Notes: generated by a model from the letters alone, not told the origin. Counted from the first letter of the stretch, positions 29,088 through 37,872 are shown. The stretch is 64,000 nucleotides of DNA from Syntrophaceae bacterium (GCA_018436925.1 JAHDKI010000017.1:88288-152287); one strand, 5' to 3'. Translations and numbers: made by a program.

Positions 29088-29873
29088 TTATGTTTCGGTT
29101 TCCGCCGCCCAGAGCGCGGCGCCGTAAGCGGCAGTCAATCTGGGTTTTTCGGGAACGAATATTTTCACCTTCAGTGTCTCGCCGATGGCGCGGGCAAGGC
29201 CTTCATCCTCGCCGCCGCCGCCCGCAAGCACCACATCCGGCTCCATTTTGAGGCGTTTGACGAGCATGCCGACTTTTGCCGCCATCGCCTTGTGAACGCC
29301 CGCCAGAATGTCGGCGGGCTTTGCGCCTTCGGCAATGCGGGAGATGGTTTCCGATTCGGCGAACACGGCGCAATTGGTGGAAAATTCCACGGGATGTTCC
29401 GACTGTATCGACAGCGGTCCGATTTCATCAAGCGGCACATGCAGAATCCGGGAAATGACCTGCAAAAAACGTCCCGACCCGGTGGCGCACTTTTCGCTCA
29501 TTAAAAAGTCGGCAATCCGTCCCGGGGGCGAAATTCTTGCCGCCTTGGTGAATTGTCCGCCGATGTCGATGATCGTCCTCGCGGAAGGAAAAAGAAAGAA
29601 ACAGCCTCTTGCCTGGCAGGAAATGTCGGAGACCTGGCGGCCGGGAAAAGGCGAGCTCTCCGCGCCCAGACCGGTTGCGACCAGGCCGGCAAGCGAGCCG
29701 AAGTCGATGCCGGCCTGCGCCAGAACATCCTGCATCACTTTTTGCGCGCCGGCTTTGTAATGTCCGCCGGAGGGGATAAGAGAAGACGCGATGATCCGTT
29801 CGCCGCGAATCAAAACCGCCTTGATGGACACAGACCCCATATCGAGTCCGGCGTAATATTTGTCGTCATTCAT
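29088..29873 (-). CDS. BadF/BadG/BcrA/BcrD-type ATPase subunit of a benzoyl-CoA-reductase-like enzyme
   Basis: ASKHA phosphate-1 loop GLDMGSVSIKAV. [4Fe-4S]-bridging Cys pair in MSEKCATGSGRF and TNCAVFAESE. Start may be ATG 29873 or TTG 29885. Confidence 0.8.
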   Translation of the reverse strand: MNDDKYYAGLDMGSVSIKAVLIRGERIIASSLIPSGGHYKAGAQKVMQDVLAQAGIDFGSLAGLVATGLGAESSPFPGRQVSDISCQARGCFFLFPSARTIIDIGGQFTKAARISPPGRIADFLMSEKCATGSGRFLQVISRILHVPLDEIGPLSIQSEHPVEFSTNCAVFAESETISRIAEGAKPADILAGVHKAMAAKVGMLVKRLKMEPDVVLAGGGGEDEGLARAIGETLKVKIFVPEKPRLTAAYGAALWAAETET

Positions 29874-29894
29874 GTCGGAATCCAAAAGGCTTCT

Positions 29895-30725
29895 CTAAGT
29901 GAAAAAAGTCACGTCCTCTTTTTTGCGTTCTTTGGCCGGTCGAACACCGCGGTCGTAAAAATCCTTTCCGACGAGCGCCGCGCCCAGCGCGCCGGTAATA
30001 AACGGCTCGGGCGGCGTGAGGACGTCAAAACCCACCTTGCCGGCAATCGCCTTGATCAATCCTTTATTTTTCGCGCCGCCGCCTGTCACCACGACATCTT
30101 TCTCAATGCCCAGATGCCGCGTCATGTTCACGACGCGCGAGGCGATGGCTTCATGAAGCCCCGCGACGATTTGCGCCACGTCCGCGCCTTCGGCAAGCCT
30201 TGATGTGACTTCATGCTCGGCAAACACCGTGCACATGCTGGAAATCTGAACAAAGCCGTCGGCCCGGGACGCGATGTCGCCCATATCGACCAGGTTGATG
30301 CCCAGCGTTTCGGCGATGACTTCGAGAAACCGGCCGGTTCCCGCCGCGCATTTGTCATTCATGACGAAGTTGGCGACTTTGCCGTCGGCGTCGAGCTTGA
30401 TGCCTTTGGAATCCTGTCCGCCGATATCGATGATGATTTTCGCGGAGGGGAACAAGGCGCGGATGCCGCGCGCGTGGCAGGTGATTTCGGTAATCTGCTT
30501 GTCGGCAAACGGAACGTTGATGCGTCCGTAGCCGGTGGCGACGATAAACCGGAGTTGGTCGATGGACAACCCCGCTTGGGAAAGCGTTTCATCCATCACG
30601 GCCAGCGCCAGATGCCGGTGCTCCGCGCCGGTGGGCCCGATGTGCGAAGCGAGTATTTGTTCTTTTTCATCGGCGATGACGACTTTCGTCATCGTGGAGC
30701 CGATATCGATTCCGCCAAACGGCAT
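29895..30725 (-). CDS. second, distinct BadF/BadG/BcrA/BcrD-type ATPase subunit
   Basis: GIDIGSTMTKVV, MNDKCAAGTGRF and SMCTVFAEHE. Confidence 0.85.
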   Translation of the reverse strand: MPFGGIDIGSTMTKVVIADEKEQILASHIGPTGAEHRHLALAVMDETLSQAGLSIDQLRFIVATGYGRINVPFADKQITEITCHARGIRALFPSAKIIIDIGGQDSKGIKLDADGKVANFVMNDKCAAGTGRFLEVIAETLGINLVDMGDIASRADGFVQISSMCTVFAEHEVTSRLAEGADVAQIVAGLHEAIASRVVNMTRHLGIEKDVVVTGGGAKNKGLIKAIAGKVGFDVLTPPEPFITGALGAALVGKDFYDRGVRPAKERKKEDVTFFT

Positions 30726-30751
30726 AAAACACCTTCGGTGTGTTAGGGGTG

Positions 30752-30779
30752 AGGCGTCAGGAGTCAGGCGTCAGGCGTT
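30752..30779. repeat. four tandem heptamers inside the intercistronic gap
   Basis: AGGCGTC AGGAGTC AGGCGTC AGGCGTT read directly from the plus strand. Confidence 0.7.
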
Positions 30780-30814
30780 TCTAGTCCTGACGTTTTGCGC
30801 TTGACTCTTTGCGC

Positions 30815-32131
30815 CTAACGCCTCCCGCTCCTGGCCTGAAGCGCTTCGATAAACGCGCCGATTTGCGCCTTCCACTGCGCTTCCGAATAATCCCGCAGAT
30901 CCACCATATCGGAGACGAGCTGCATCATCGGCAGATCGCAGTATTTCCCCAGCTCGCTTTTGATATGCGTCTGGCCGATGGTGGTCGCGCGGCAGGACCG
31001 GCAGGCGTGAAACACCACGCCGTCGATTTGATAGTCCTCGATCATGCCCAGCAGTTTTTCCACGGTGGGATTGCCGCTGCGCGCCCGGGCTTTTTCATGG
31101 TAGGCCGTGTAGCGCAAAAACGCGCGCCAGGCCAGATAATCGACCGGGTCTTTGACGTGCGAAGGCACTTCGACCGGATCGAATCCGCGATAGACGTTTT
31201 CGATCACAAACACCGCGCCGAAACTTTCAAAGTAATTGAAGATCCACAGCGTATGCCACGGCGGAAGTCCGCCGCCGTAAAGAATGCGGTATTTTTCGTC
31301 CGGGATCACGCCGATTTTGTGATCGACTTTATACTTCACTTCGTCATAGAGCTTCTGATAGAAGTCCACGGCGATCTGGGTGCCGGCATAGTAGTGGCCC
31401 GCCACCATGATGCTGAAGTGATCCTGCGACGGCATGGGGGAAGGAACCGCCACGCGCAGACGGTCGATGTCGTACCATAGCTGCCAGGCTTTGTCGCCCA
31501 AACGGATGCACTCCCAGAGGCGTTCCTTGTCCAGTTTCTTTCCGGTTTGCGCCTCCAGAAAGTCGATCAGTCCCTGCACCTGGTCGCGTTGATATTGAAT
31601 GTAGTAGTCCCGGACTTCGTTCAAATCGTCCTGAGGCGGCGGCGCGACGACATCCATGCCGAATGTGGGCACATCAAGATAGCGGCTCGCGGCCTGATAC
31701 CACTTGAAACGCGGATCGCACACCGCCGAAGAGCCCAGCATCATGTCGGGGGCGGGCATGCCGCCGTCCGGCGAGTTGTCGGGAATGCGCCCCAGCTCCT
31801 TGCGCAGGCTGTCGAATCCCAGGCCGATGCGGGCATAGCTGCACAGCACTTGCGAGTAGCCGTCCGCTTCCGCCTTGAGCAGGAAGCGATCCATATCGCG
31901 CTTGGCGGCGCAAAGCCCGGCGTAGTTTTCCGTGGGCAGCGGAATGACGTCCATCGCTCGGATGACCTCGTCATATTGCGAGGCCACCATGAAGTAGGCC
32001 ACTTTTTTGCCGTTGGCCTTGGCCTCATGCGCGCTTTTATAGATGTTCTTGACCAGCGCGCGCACCTCGCGCGCCGTGTCCGTCCCCTTGACGGCCGTGG
32101 TTTTGGCCTGCTGTGTGGATTCCATTTTCAT
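30815..32131 (-). CDS. benzoyl-CoA reductase B/O-type subunit-like protein (2-hydroxyacyl-CoA dehydratase fold)
   Basis: 438 aa. Family-level resemblance to BcrB/BadE/BzdO (KKVAYFMVASQYDEVIRAMDVIPL..., FHACRSCRATTIGQ). Confidence 0.75.
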   Translation of the reverse strand: MKMESTQQAKTTAVKGTDTAREVRALVKNIYKSAHEAKANGKKVAYFMVASQYDEVIRAMDVIPLPTENYAGLCAAKRDMDRFLLKAEADGYSQVLCSYARIGLGFDSLRKELGRIPDNSPDGGMPAPDMMLGSSAVCDPRFKWYQAASRYLDVPTFGMDVVAPPPQDDLNEVRDYYIQYQRDQVQGLIDFLEAQTGKKLDKERLWECIRLGDKAWQLWYDIDRLRVAVPSPMPSQDHFSIMVAGHYYAGTQIAVDFYQKLYDEVKYKVDHKIGVIPDEKYRILYGGGLPPWHTLWIFNYFESFGAVFVIENVYRGFDPVEVPSHVKDPVDYLAWRAFLRYTAYHEKARARSGNPTVEKLLGMIEDYQIDGVVFHACRSCRATTIGQTHIKSELGKYCDLPMMQLVSDMVDLRDYSEAQWKAQIGAFIEALQARSGRR

Positions 32132-32135
32132 CTCC

Positions 32136-33275
32136 CTACAAAATCATTTCCAGAAACGCTTGAATGCGCGTTCTGAGCTGTCCCATCGTCGATGTGGAGT
32201 AGTCGTCCTCGATCATTAAGACCGGCAGCTTCAGGCCGTTTAGATAGTCCTTCAGGTCCGGTCCTTCGAGCTCGCAGGTGTCGCAGTAGCGGACAATGTA
32301 GAAAATCGCTCCGTCGGCTTTCCAGTCCGCCATGAACTGCCGGATATAGCCGAAGCGGTTTTCCAGATCGGTCTGACGATCGCCCGCCTGGGGTTTAAGG
32401 GTTCGCGGACAGTGCGTGCAGATATAGCGCCGTGCCAGCGCCTCCAGCGGATCACCCGTTTCCGGGACATCTTCCCAGAAAAACCGCGATCCCGTGCACA
32501 GATCATCCATCACGACATGCGCGCCGCACTCTTCGACCAGTTGAATAAAGGCGGCATCGTCAATTTCGTTGCCCCAGATAAAGATGCGCGGCAGACCGTC
32601 GGGGTTCGGCGCCGGCCGGTTTTTCACCTCCTGAATAAAAGCCGAGACAAGCTCAATATGCTCGTCGGCGGGAATGCCCATTCCGGCCACCAACACTTTG
32701 GTGATTTCCGTTCCCGAGACGCGCGGCGGATTTTCTTTTCTCAGAGCATAAAGCTCGCGAAGCAGCTCCCGGCGTCGGTTGTACAGCGAGACGGCATCGC
32801 GAAGTTTGGCCGGGTCCATTTTCCTGCCGGAAAAGTCTTCCAGCCGCTTGATGAAGTATTCCAGCTCTTTGCGGTAAAACGCGTCGGATGACGGTCCCAG
32901 CATGTGCGGAACATTGATCATATGATTAAACGGCGACGGTTTGTTCTGATGCCAGATATGGTACATCCGCTCGATTGTGTCGCAGCTGTGCGGCGCGACA
33001 AAGCCGTCCAGAAAATCATACTCGCCCTTGAGCGCGAGGTTAAAGCAGCTGCGGGCAAACGGACAGGCCATCGGCTCCAAAAGCGCGTCCGCCTCGTCGA
33101 TGGGGTCGTTTTGCGACCCCTGGATGCGGTAGGGAAGCATATCCATTGCCGTGATAATTTCGTCGGGGACAAAGCAGCAGAAATACCCGATGACTTTTTT
33201 CCCCGATTCGCGCAATTTGCGGGCGCGCTCTCCCCGATTCTGATAAAGGCCGTCGATTTTATCCAAGACGCTCAT
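32136..33275 (-). CDS. benzoyl-CoA reductase C/N-type subunit-like protein (2-hydroxyacyl-CoA dehydratase fold)
   Basis: 379 aa. KKVIGYFCCFVPDEIITAMDMLPYRI, HSCDTIERM, YIVRYCDTCE. Confidence 0.75.
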   Translation of the reverse strand: MSVLDKIDGLYQNRGERARKLRESGKKVIGYFCCFVPDEIITAMDMLPYRIQGSQNDPIDEADALLEPMACPFARSCFNLALKGEYDFLDGFVAPHSCDTIERMYHIWHQNKPSPFNHMINVPHMLGPSSDAFYRKELEYFIKRLEDFSGRKMDPAKLRDAVSLYNRRRELLRELYALRKENPPRVSGTEITKVLVAGMGIPADEHIELVSAFIQEVKNRPAPNPDGLPRIFIWGNEIDDAAFIQLVEECGAHVVMDDLCTGSRFFWEDVPETGDPLEALARRYICTHCPRTLKPQAGDRQTDLENRFGYIRQFMADWKADGAIFYIVRYCDTCELEGPDLKDYLNGLKLPVLMIEDDYSTSTMGQLRTRIQAFLEMIL

Positions 33276-33302
33276 GATTGTGCCCCGCTTTCCGGTTTTT
33301 TG

Positions 33303-33325
33303 CGTATATCATGCTCAGATATACG
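33303..33325. promoter_or_regulatory. perfect 8-bp inverted repeat (candidate operator) in the divergent control region
   Basis: CGTATATC-N7-GATATACG. It overlaps a possible minus-strand promoter (TTGCTT at 33347-33342, an 18-nt spacer, then TATATC at 33323-33318). Confidence 0.45.
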
Positions 33326-33409
33326 GGCAAAGACGCTCGAAAAGCAAGCGGGTTTTTCTTTAAAACGTCTTGCCTTGATGAACGAAAGGCGAAATGATAT
33401 GGTCCGCGC

Positions 33410-34198
33410 ATGAAAAAGACGATCATTCAAATTTACGAAATTCAAAAACCGAAAGAAGCCGAAGCGCTTGCCGCGGCCGGCGTTGATCATATCGGCAGCG
33501 TGCTTCTGGATACCGACAAGCGGAAGAACGCCGCGATCCGCAAAACCGTTTTGGCGGCCCGGCAAGCCGGAGCCAAAAGCGGCGTGATTCCGTTGTTTAA
33601 CGATCCGGCCCGGATTTTCGCTGCGCTGGAGTATTACGAACCGGATTTTGTGCACCTTTGCGATACGCTTGCCCCCTACCCCGACCGCCGGAAGGCGGTG
33701 GTGCGCGATTTCGACGCGTTTTTGTCTTTGCAAATCGACATTAAAGACCGTTTTCCGCGGATTGAAATCATGCGGTCCCTGTCCGTGCCCCGGCCCGGCC
33801 GTCCGGATCGGCAGGAGGTTGAAAAGATCCTGCTGGATTTTGCCGAACGCTTCTCGCCTTTTTCCGATTACTTTCTTCTGGACACGCTGCTCGACGGCGA
33901 CGCTCAGCCTGTTGACGGTTTCGTCGGCGTCACGGGGGAAACCTGCGATTGGGAAATGGCCAAAAGCGTGATCGAAAAAAGCCGCATTCCCGTGATTCTG
34001 GCGGGAGGTCTCTCGCCGGAAAATGTCTTTGAAGCCATCACCGCCGTGCGTCCGGCCGGCGTGGACAGCTGCACGAAAACCAACGCCGTGGATCCATCGG
34101 GACAACCCGTGAGGTTTAAAAAGGATATGAAGAGAGTCGAAAAGTTCATCGCGGAAGTCCGCCGCGGTGATGCCTTTTTTTCCGGAGTCGCCTCTTGA
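33410..34198 (+). CDS. phosphoribosylanthranilate-isomerase (TrpF)-like TIM-barrel protein, atypically long, not in a trp context
   Basis: GVTGETCDWEMAK...PVILAGGLSPENV...AGVDSCTKTN...KDMKRVEKFI resembles the TrpF C-terminal half. 262 aa. Confidence 0.6.
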   Translation: MKKTIIQIYEIQKPKEAEALAAAGVDHIGSVLLDTDKRKNAAIRKTVLAARQAGAKSGVIPLFNDPARIFAALEYYEPDFVHLCDTLAPYPDRRKAVVRDFDAFLSLQIDIKDRFPRIEIMRSLSVPRPGRPDRQEVEKILLDFAERFSPFSDYFLLDTLLDGDAQPVDGFVGVTGETCDWEMAKSVIEKSRIPVILAGGLSPENVFEAITAVRPAGVDSCTKTNAVDPSGQPVRFKKDMKRVEKFIAEVRRGDAFFSGVAS

Positions 34199-34530
34199 CG
34201 CCGTCGAAAGCCTTTCAGAGAGAAGCCCAAACGCTTGACGCGATGATCGCGCTGTACTGCCGCGGACGCCATTCCATGCCGGAAGGAGAGCTTTGCTATT
34301 CCTGCCGCGAACTTCTAACGTACGCGCTATCGCGGCTGGACAAGTGCCCTTTCGGAGACAACAAACCCGCCTGCTCGGCCTGCCCCGTGCATTGCTACAA
34401 ACCGGCGCGCCGTAAGGACATCCAGGAGGTCATGCGTTACTCAGGCCCCCGGATGATGCGTTCGCACCCGCTTTTGGCCATTCGTCATCTTTTAAAAAAA
34501 CTGAAAACGTCCAAGGTGGAAACACCATGA
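34195..34530 (+). CDS. YgbA / nitrous-oxide-stimulated-promoter family Cys-rich protein
   Basis: REAQTLDAMIALYC...CPFGDNKPACSACPVHCYKPARRKDIQEVMRYSGPRMMRSHPLLAIRHL is near-colinear with my recollection of E. coli YgbA. The TTG start overlaps the upstream TGA (TTGA). Confidence 0.8.
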   Translation: MTPSKAFQREAQTLDAMIALYCRGRHSMPEGELCYSCRELLTYALSRLDKCPFGDNKPACSACPVHCYKPARRKDIQEVMRYSGPRMMRSHPLLAIRHLLKKLKTSKVETP

Positions 34531-35642
34531 AGATCGCGATTATCGGAGCGGGTCCGGCCGGACTTTATGCGGCGCTTGCCGCGGCGGAGAAAGGAATGAC
34601 CGCGGACCTTTATGAAAAACGTCGGGTCGGAGAGGGCATTGTTTGCGGCGAGTGCATCTTCGACTCGCTTCGACTTATGAAAAAACCCGGCGTCGGCCTT
34701 TTGCGCCCTGTGGATGAAATCATTCTTCAGGGCAGGAAACCCTATCCGTTCAGCCTCTCCCGCCACCGTCCGCTGTGGATGCTCGACCGCAAAACCTGGC
34801 AGCGGGATCTCGCGCGGCGGGCGGTTGACAAAGGGGTTTCGCTCTTCGAGCGCTGTAAAATAACGTCCGATCGCTTGCGGAGCATGCACAACGAGTATGC
34901 ATGGATCATCGACGCCAGCGGCGCGCCGTCGGTGACGTCAAGGCATTATGGCTTTGCCGCCGAGTACTTCAAAGATTTTCTTGTGGCCCATCAGGTTGTC
35001 CTCGCAGGCGATTTCAGCGCTCTCTGGCCGCGGATCAAGGTCGCTTTTTTCGAAGCCTGGCCTTCGTCAAACCAGCCCGCTTATTACTGGGTTTTCCCCA
35101 AGGATGAAAAGACCGCCAATGTCGGCGTGGTCTGCGCTGCGCGAAAACGCCTGGATCAAAAAACGGTCAACTTAAAACGCCGGCTTTCCGAGGTGCTCAA
35201 GCGTGAAGGGTTGACGGAGACGGCCGTTTTGGAGACGGGCGGCGGGATTGCCGCCGGACGGGTTCTGCCGCGCCTGGTTTATGGCAACATTCTGCTTTGC
35301 GGAGACGCGGCGGGGCTGACCTCGCCGTTGCACGGCGGCGGGATCGATCTGGCGTGTTTAAGCGGCGTCTTAGCCGTCGAGGCCGTGCGGACGGGCGGTT
35401 CGGGCGTCGCGGCCTATGAAAAAACCGTCAAGGGGTACCTGCGGGAGCGAACGGCGCTGGAAGGCGTCACGATCGGCAAAATGCGTCGAATGACCTTCAA
35501 GCAATTCGACCGGCTCTTGGCCGGCGTGACCGCCAAAAGCCGACGGACTCGTTTGATCACTGGTTTAAAGAATCTCGATATGCTCCTTACCACGCTTCAA
35601 TGGTTCGGCACGACAAAGAAAAGTCTCGACTGGCCGGATTGA
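34527..35642 (+). CDS. FAD-dependent oxidoreductase, geranylgeranyl-reductase-like
   Basis: MKIAIIGAGPAGLYAALAAAEKG dinucleotide fold and CGDAAGLTSPLHGGGI. ATGA overlap with the upstream gene. Confidence 0.8.
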   Translation: MKIAIIGAGPAGLYAALAAAEKGMTADLYEKRRVGEGIVCGECIFDSLRLMKKPGVGLLRPVDEIILQGRKPYPFSLSRHRPLWMLDRKTWQRDLARRAVDKGVSLFERCKITSDRLRSMHNEYAWIIDASGAPSVTSRHYGFAAEYFKDFLVAHQVVLAGDFSALWPRIKVAFFEAWPSSNQPAYYWVFPKDEKTANVGVVCAARKRLDQKTVNLKRRLSEVLKREGLTETAVLETGGGIAAGRVLPRLVYGNILLCGDAAGLTSPLHGGGIDLACLSGVLAVEAVRTGGSGVAAYEKTVKGYLRERTALEGVTIGKMRRMTFKQFDRLLAGVTAKSRRTRLITGLKNLDMLLTTLQWFGTTKKSLDWPD

Positions 35643-35693
35643 TGCGCGGCAGACGTTATGAAGTCTTAACCGAACAGGCTCTGAAAGCGGCCG

Positions 35694-36065
35694 TCAGGCG
35701 GACAAGACGGCGTGAATTTTTTCGATCAGTTCATCGAGCTTGACCGGCTTGGCGATTAAGGCTTTGCCGCTTGAGATGCCGGCGCCTCTTTTGATGTCGT
35801 CCTCGTTGATCATGGCCGTGATAAAGATGATCGGAATAGAACGCGTGGCGGGATCCTCCGACAGAGCCCGGGCCACTTCGGTGCCGTACATGCCGGGCAT
35901 CATCATATCGAGCAGAATGATATCCGGGTTTTCGGCTTTGGCCAGCCGCATGCCTTCATCGCCCCGCGTCGCCGTCAGGACCTCGAAATCCGTCTTGGCC
36001 TCGAGACTCTTTTTCATGGCCCGGCAAAAAAATTCCTCATCGTCGATAATGAGCAGCTTTTTCAT
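35694..36065 (-). CDS. single-domain response regulator (CheY-like)
   Basis: LLIIDDEE, IILLDMMMPGM, KPVK. ATGA overlap with the upstream kinase. Confidence 0.9.
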   Translation of the reverse strand: MKKLLIIDDEEFFCRAMKKSLEAKTDFEVLTATRGDEGMRLAKAENPDIILLDMMMPGMYGTEVARALSEDPATRSIPIIFITAMINEDDIKRGAGISSGKALIAKPVKLDELIEKIHAVLSA

Positions 36066-37795
36066 GACGTCCTCCCTGTATGTGCATGATGATGGTGATT
36101 TGCGGCGGATTCGGCAGGCAAACTGAAGAAGAAGGAGGCGCCTCCCTCTTCATTATTTTCCGCCCAGATGTCGCCGCCGTGATCTTTAATGATTCCGTAG
36201 GAAATGGAAAGCCCCAGTCCGGTGCCTTTTCCCTGTTCTTTGGTGGTGAAGAAGGGGTTGAATATTTTCGACAGGTGTTCGCTTTTAATGCCGTCTCCCG
36301 TGTCGGCCACCATGACTTGGACTTGGCGGCGATGAGGGTCCCATCTCGTCGCGATTCGCAGGATTTTTTTCTCTTTGCCGGCCATGGCGCCCCGGGCGTT
36401 CGAAATCAGGTTCAGAATAACCTGCTCAATCTTTTTGCGATCCATGACCATGTCCGGCAGATTGTCGCCGTATTGAACATCGGTTTCGATTTGATCGATC
36501 ATGAATTGCGATGTGTGCAAAGTCATGATCTGGGCGATCACGCTGTTGATATTGACGGTGTCCATTTTCCTGTCGCTGACGCGCGATAGGTGCTTCAGGC
36601 CGTCGGCAATGGCGACGATGCGGTCGATCTGCGCCATGCAGATGTCGAGCTCTTCTGCGGCTTCCTTGGGCAGGGCGTCCATTTCCCGCAGGATCTGCAA
36701 TTCCAGAGAGATAATATTCAGTGGATTCAGAATTTCGTGGGCGACGCCGGCGGATAATTGGCCGATGGCGGAGAGTTTTTCCGCCTGAAGCAAATGATCC
36801 CTTGCAGTTTGCAAGTCCTGCTCCGCTTTTTTCCGCGCCGTGATATCGCGGCCGACGAACATGATGCCGGTGGCCCGGCCGTTTTCATCGCGAATGAAAG
36901 AGGCCGTGGTTTCCTGCCAGAAGGTGCCGCCGTTTTTGTGGTACAGCTCCATTTCCAAAATTCGTTTTCGATTCGGGTCCGCTGGTCCGCTGCCGAACTC
37001 CCGCTCAATCTCTTCGGCGAATACCCTTTGCGCCATGGTCCAGGATTCGGGCGTGATGCTCTGGTCGATTGGAATCGCAAGGGCCTCTTCAGCCGTGTAG
37101 CCGGATGTCCGCACTTCGGACGGACTGAGGTAAGTGTACTGGAGATTCAAATCCATTGTCCAGATGCTGTCGTACATGTTTTCGACAATCATCCGCAGGC
37201 GATTTTCACTTTCCCGGAGCGCATCTTCCATCGCCTTTCGTTCAGTGATGTCCCGTGAAATGCTGCGAAATCCGACGGGGTTCCCCTCGGCATCCCCGGT
37301 CAGCGCGGCGGACAGCTCATAGATTCTCTTCGATCCGTCTTTGCGGATGCATTCCAGCTCGAAGGATTTGACGGGTGTTTTGGTTTTATAGATTTGAGTG
37401 AAAATGTCGCGCGTTTTTTTCGCGTTGACGTCGTCCTGGATTTTGCTGATGTTGCGGCCGATGAGTTCTTCCCTGGTGTATCCCAGATGTCCGCAGATCA
37501 CGTCATTGATAAAAGTGAATGTTCCGGAAAGGTCCACCTCGATATAGCCGTCTTGCAGGGTTTCTATAATGGTTCGATATCTCGCTTCGCTTTCCCGCAG
37601 CCTCGCCTCCGTCAGCCTGTAGGCGGATTCTGTTTTTTCCAGCCGATGAATTTTCTTGGTGAGCTCGGCGACTTCTTTTTTGAGATCCGCATTGGTTTTT
37701 GAAGGCGGGCGCATAGGGCCTTTCCTTGTTCCGGGTGTGGTTAGAGCAGCCGCGCGTGACTTTTTATCACCCGGAAGCATCCGGATGTGTTTCAA
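36062..37795 (-). CDS. PAS-domain sensor histidine kinase
   Basis: Coiled-coil plus two PAS segments. H-box GVAHEILNPLN, DTGDGI, GTGLGLS. Start is uncertain (TTG 37795, ATG 37780 or ATG 37714). Confidence 0.9.
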   Translation of the reverse strand: MKHIRMLPGDKKSRAAALTTPGTRKGPMRPPSKTNADLKKEVAELTKKIHRLEKTESAYRLTEARLRESEARYRTIIETLQDGYIEVDLSGTFTFINDVICGHLGYTREELIGRNISKIQDDVNAKKTRDIFTQIYKTKTPVKSFELECIRKDGSKRIYELSAALTGDAEGNPVGFRSISRDITERKAMEDALRESENRLRMIVENMYDSIWTMDLNLQYTYLSPSEVRTSGYTAEEALAIPIDQSITPESWTMAQRVFAEEIEREFGSGPADPNRKRILEMELYHKNGGTFWQETTASFIRDENGRATGIMFVGRDITARKKAEQDLQTARDHLLQAEKLSAIGQLSAGVAHEILNPLNIISLELQILREMDALPKEAAEELDICMAQIDRIVAIADGLKHLSRVSDRKMDTVNINSVIAQIMTLHTSQFMIDQIETDVQYGDNLPDMVMDRKKIEQVILNLISNARGAMAGKEKKILRIATRWDPHRRQVQVMVADTGDGIKSEHLSKIFNPFFTTKEQGKGTGLGLSISYGIIKDHGGDIWAENNEEGGASFFFSLPAESAANHHHHAHTGRTS

Positions 37796-37872
37796 CCCTG
37801 CTTAGGGTGTCATCCCCAAAAAGACACATTGACGGATCGGCAGGTTGCCTCTTGCCTTCTTAAGGATCTGTC

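Noticed and set aside
30752-30779. Tandem heptamers as a possible CRISPR or minisatellite
   Set aside because: There are only four 7-nt units, with no spacers and no cas genes. The repeat is better explained as part of an intercistronic RNA structure.
33272-34105. 277-aa minus-strand ORF
   Set aside because: It is antisense to the TrpF-like gene and would overlap the start of the reductase operon. No motifs.
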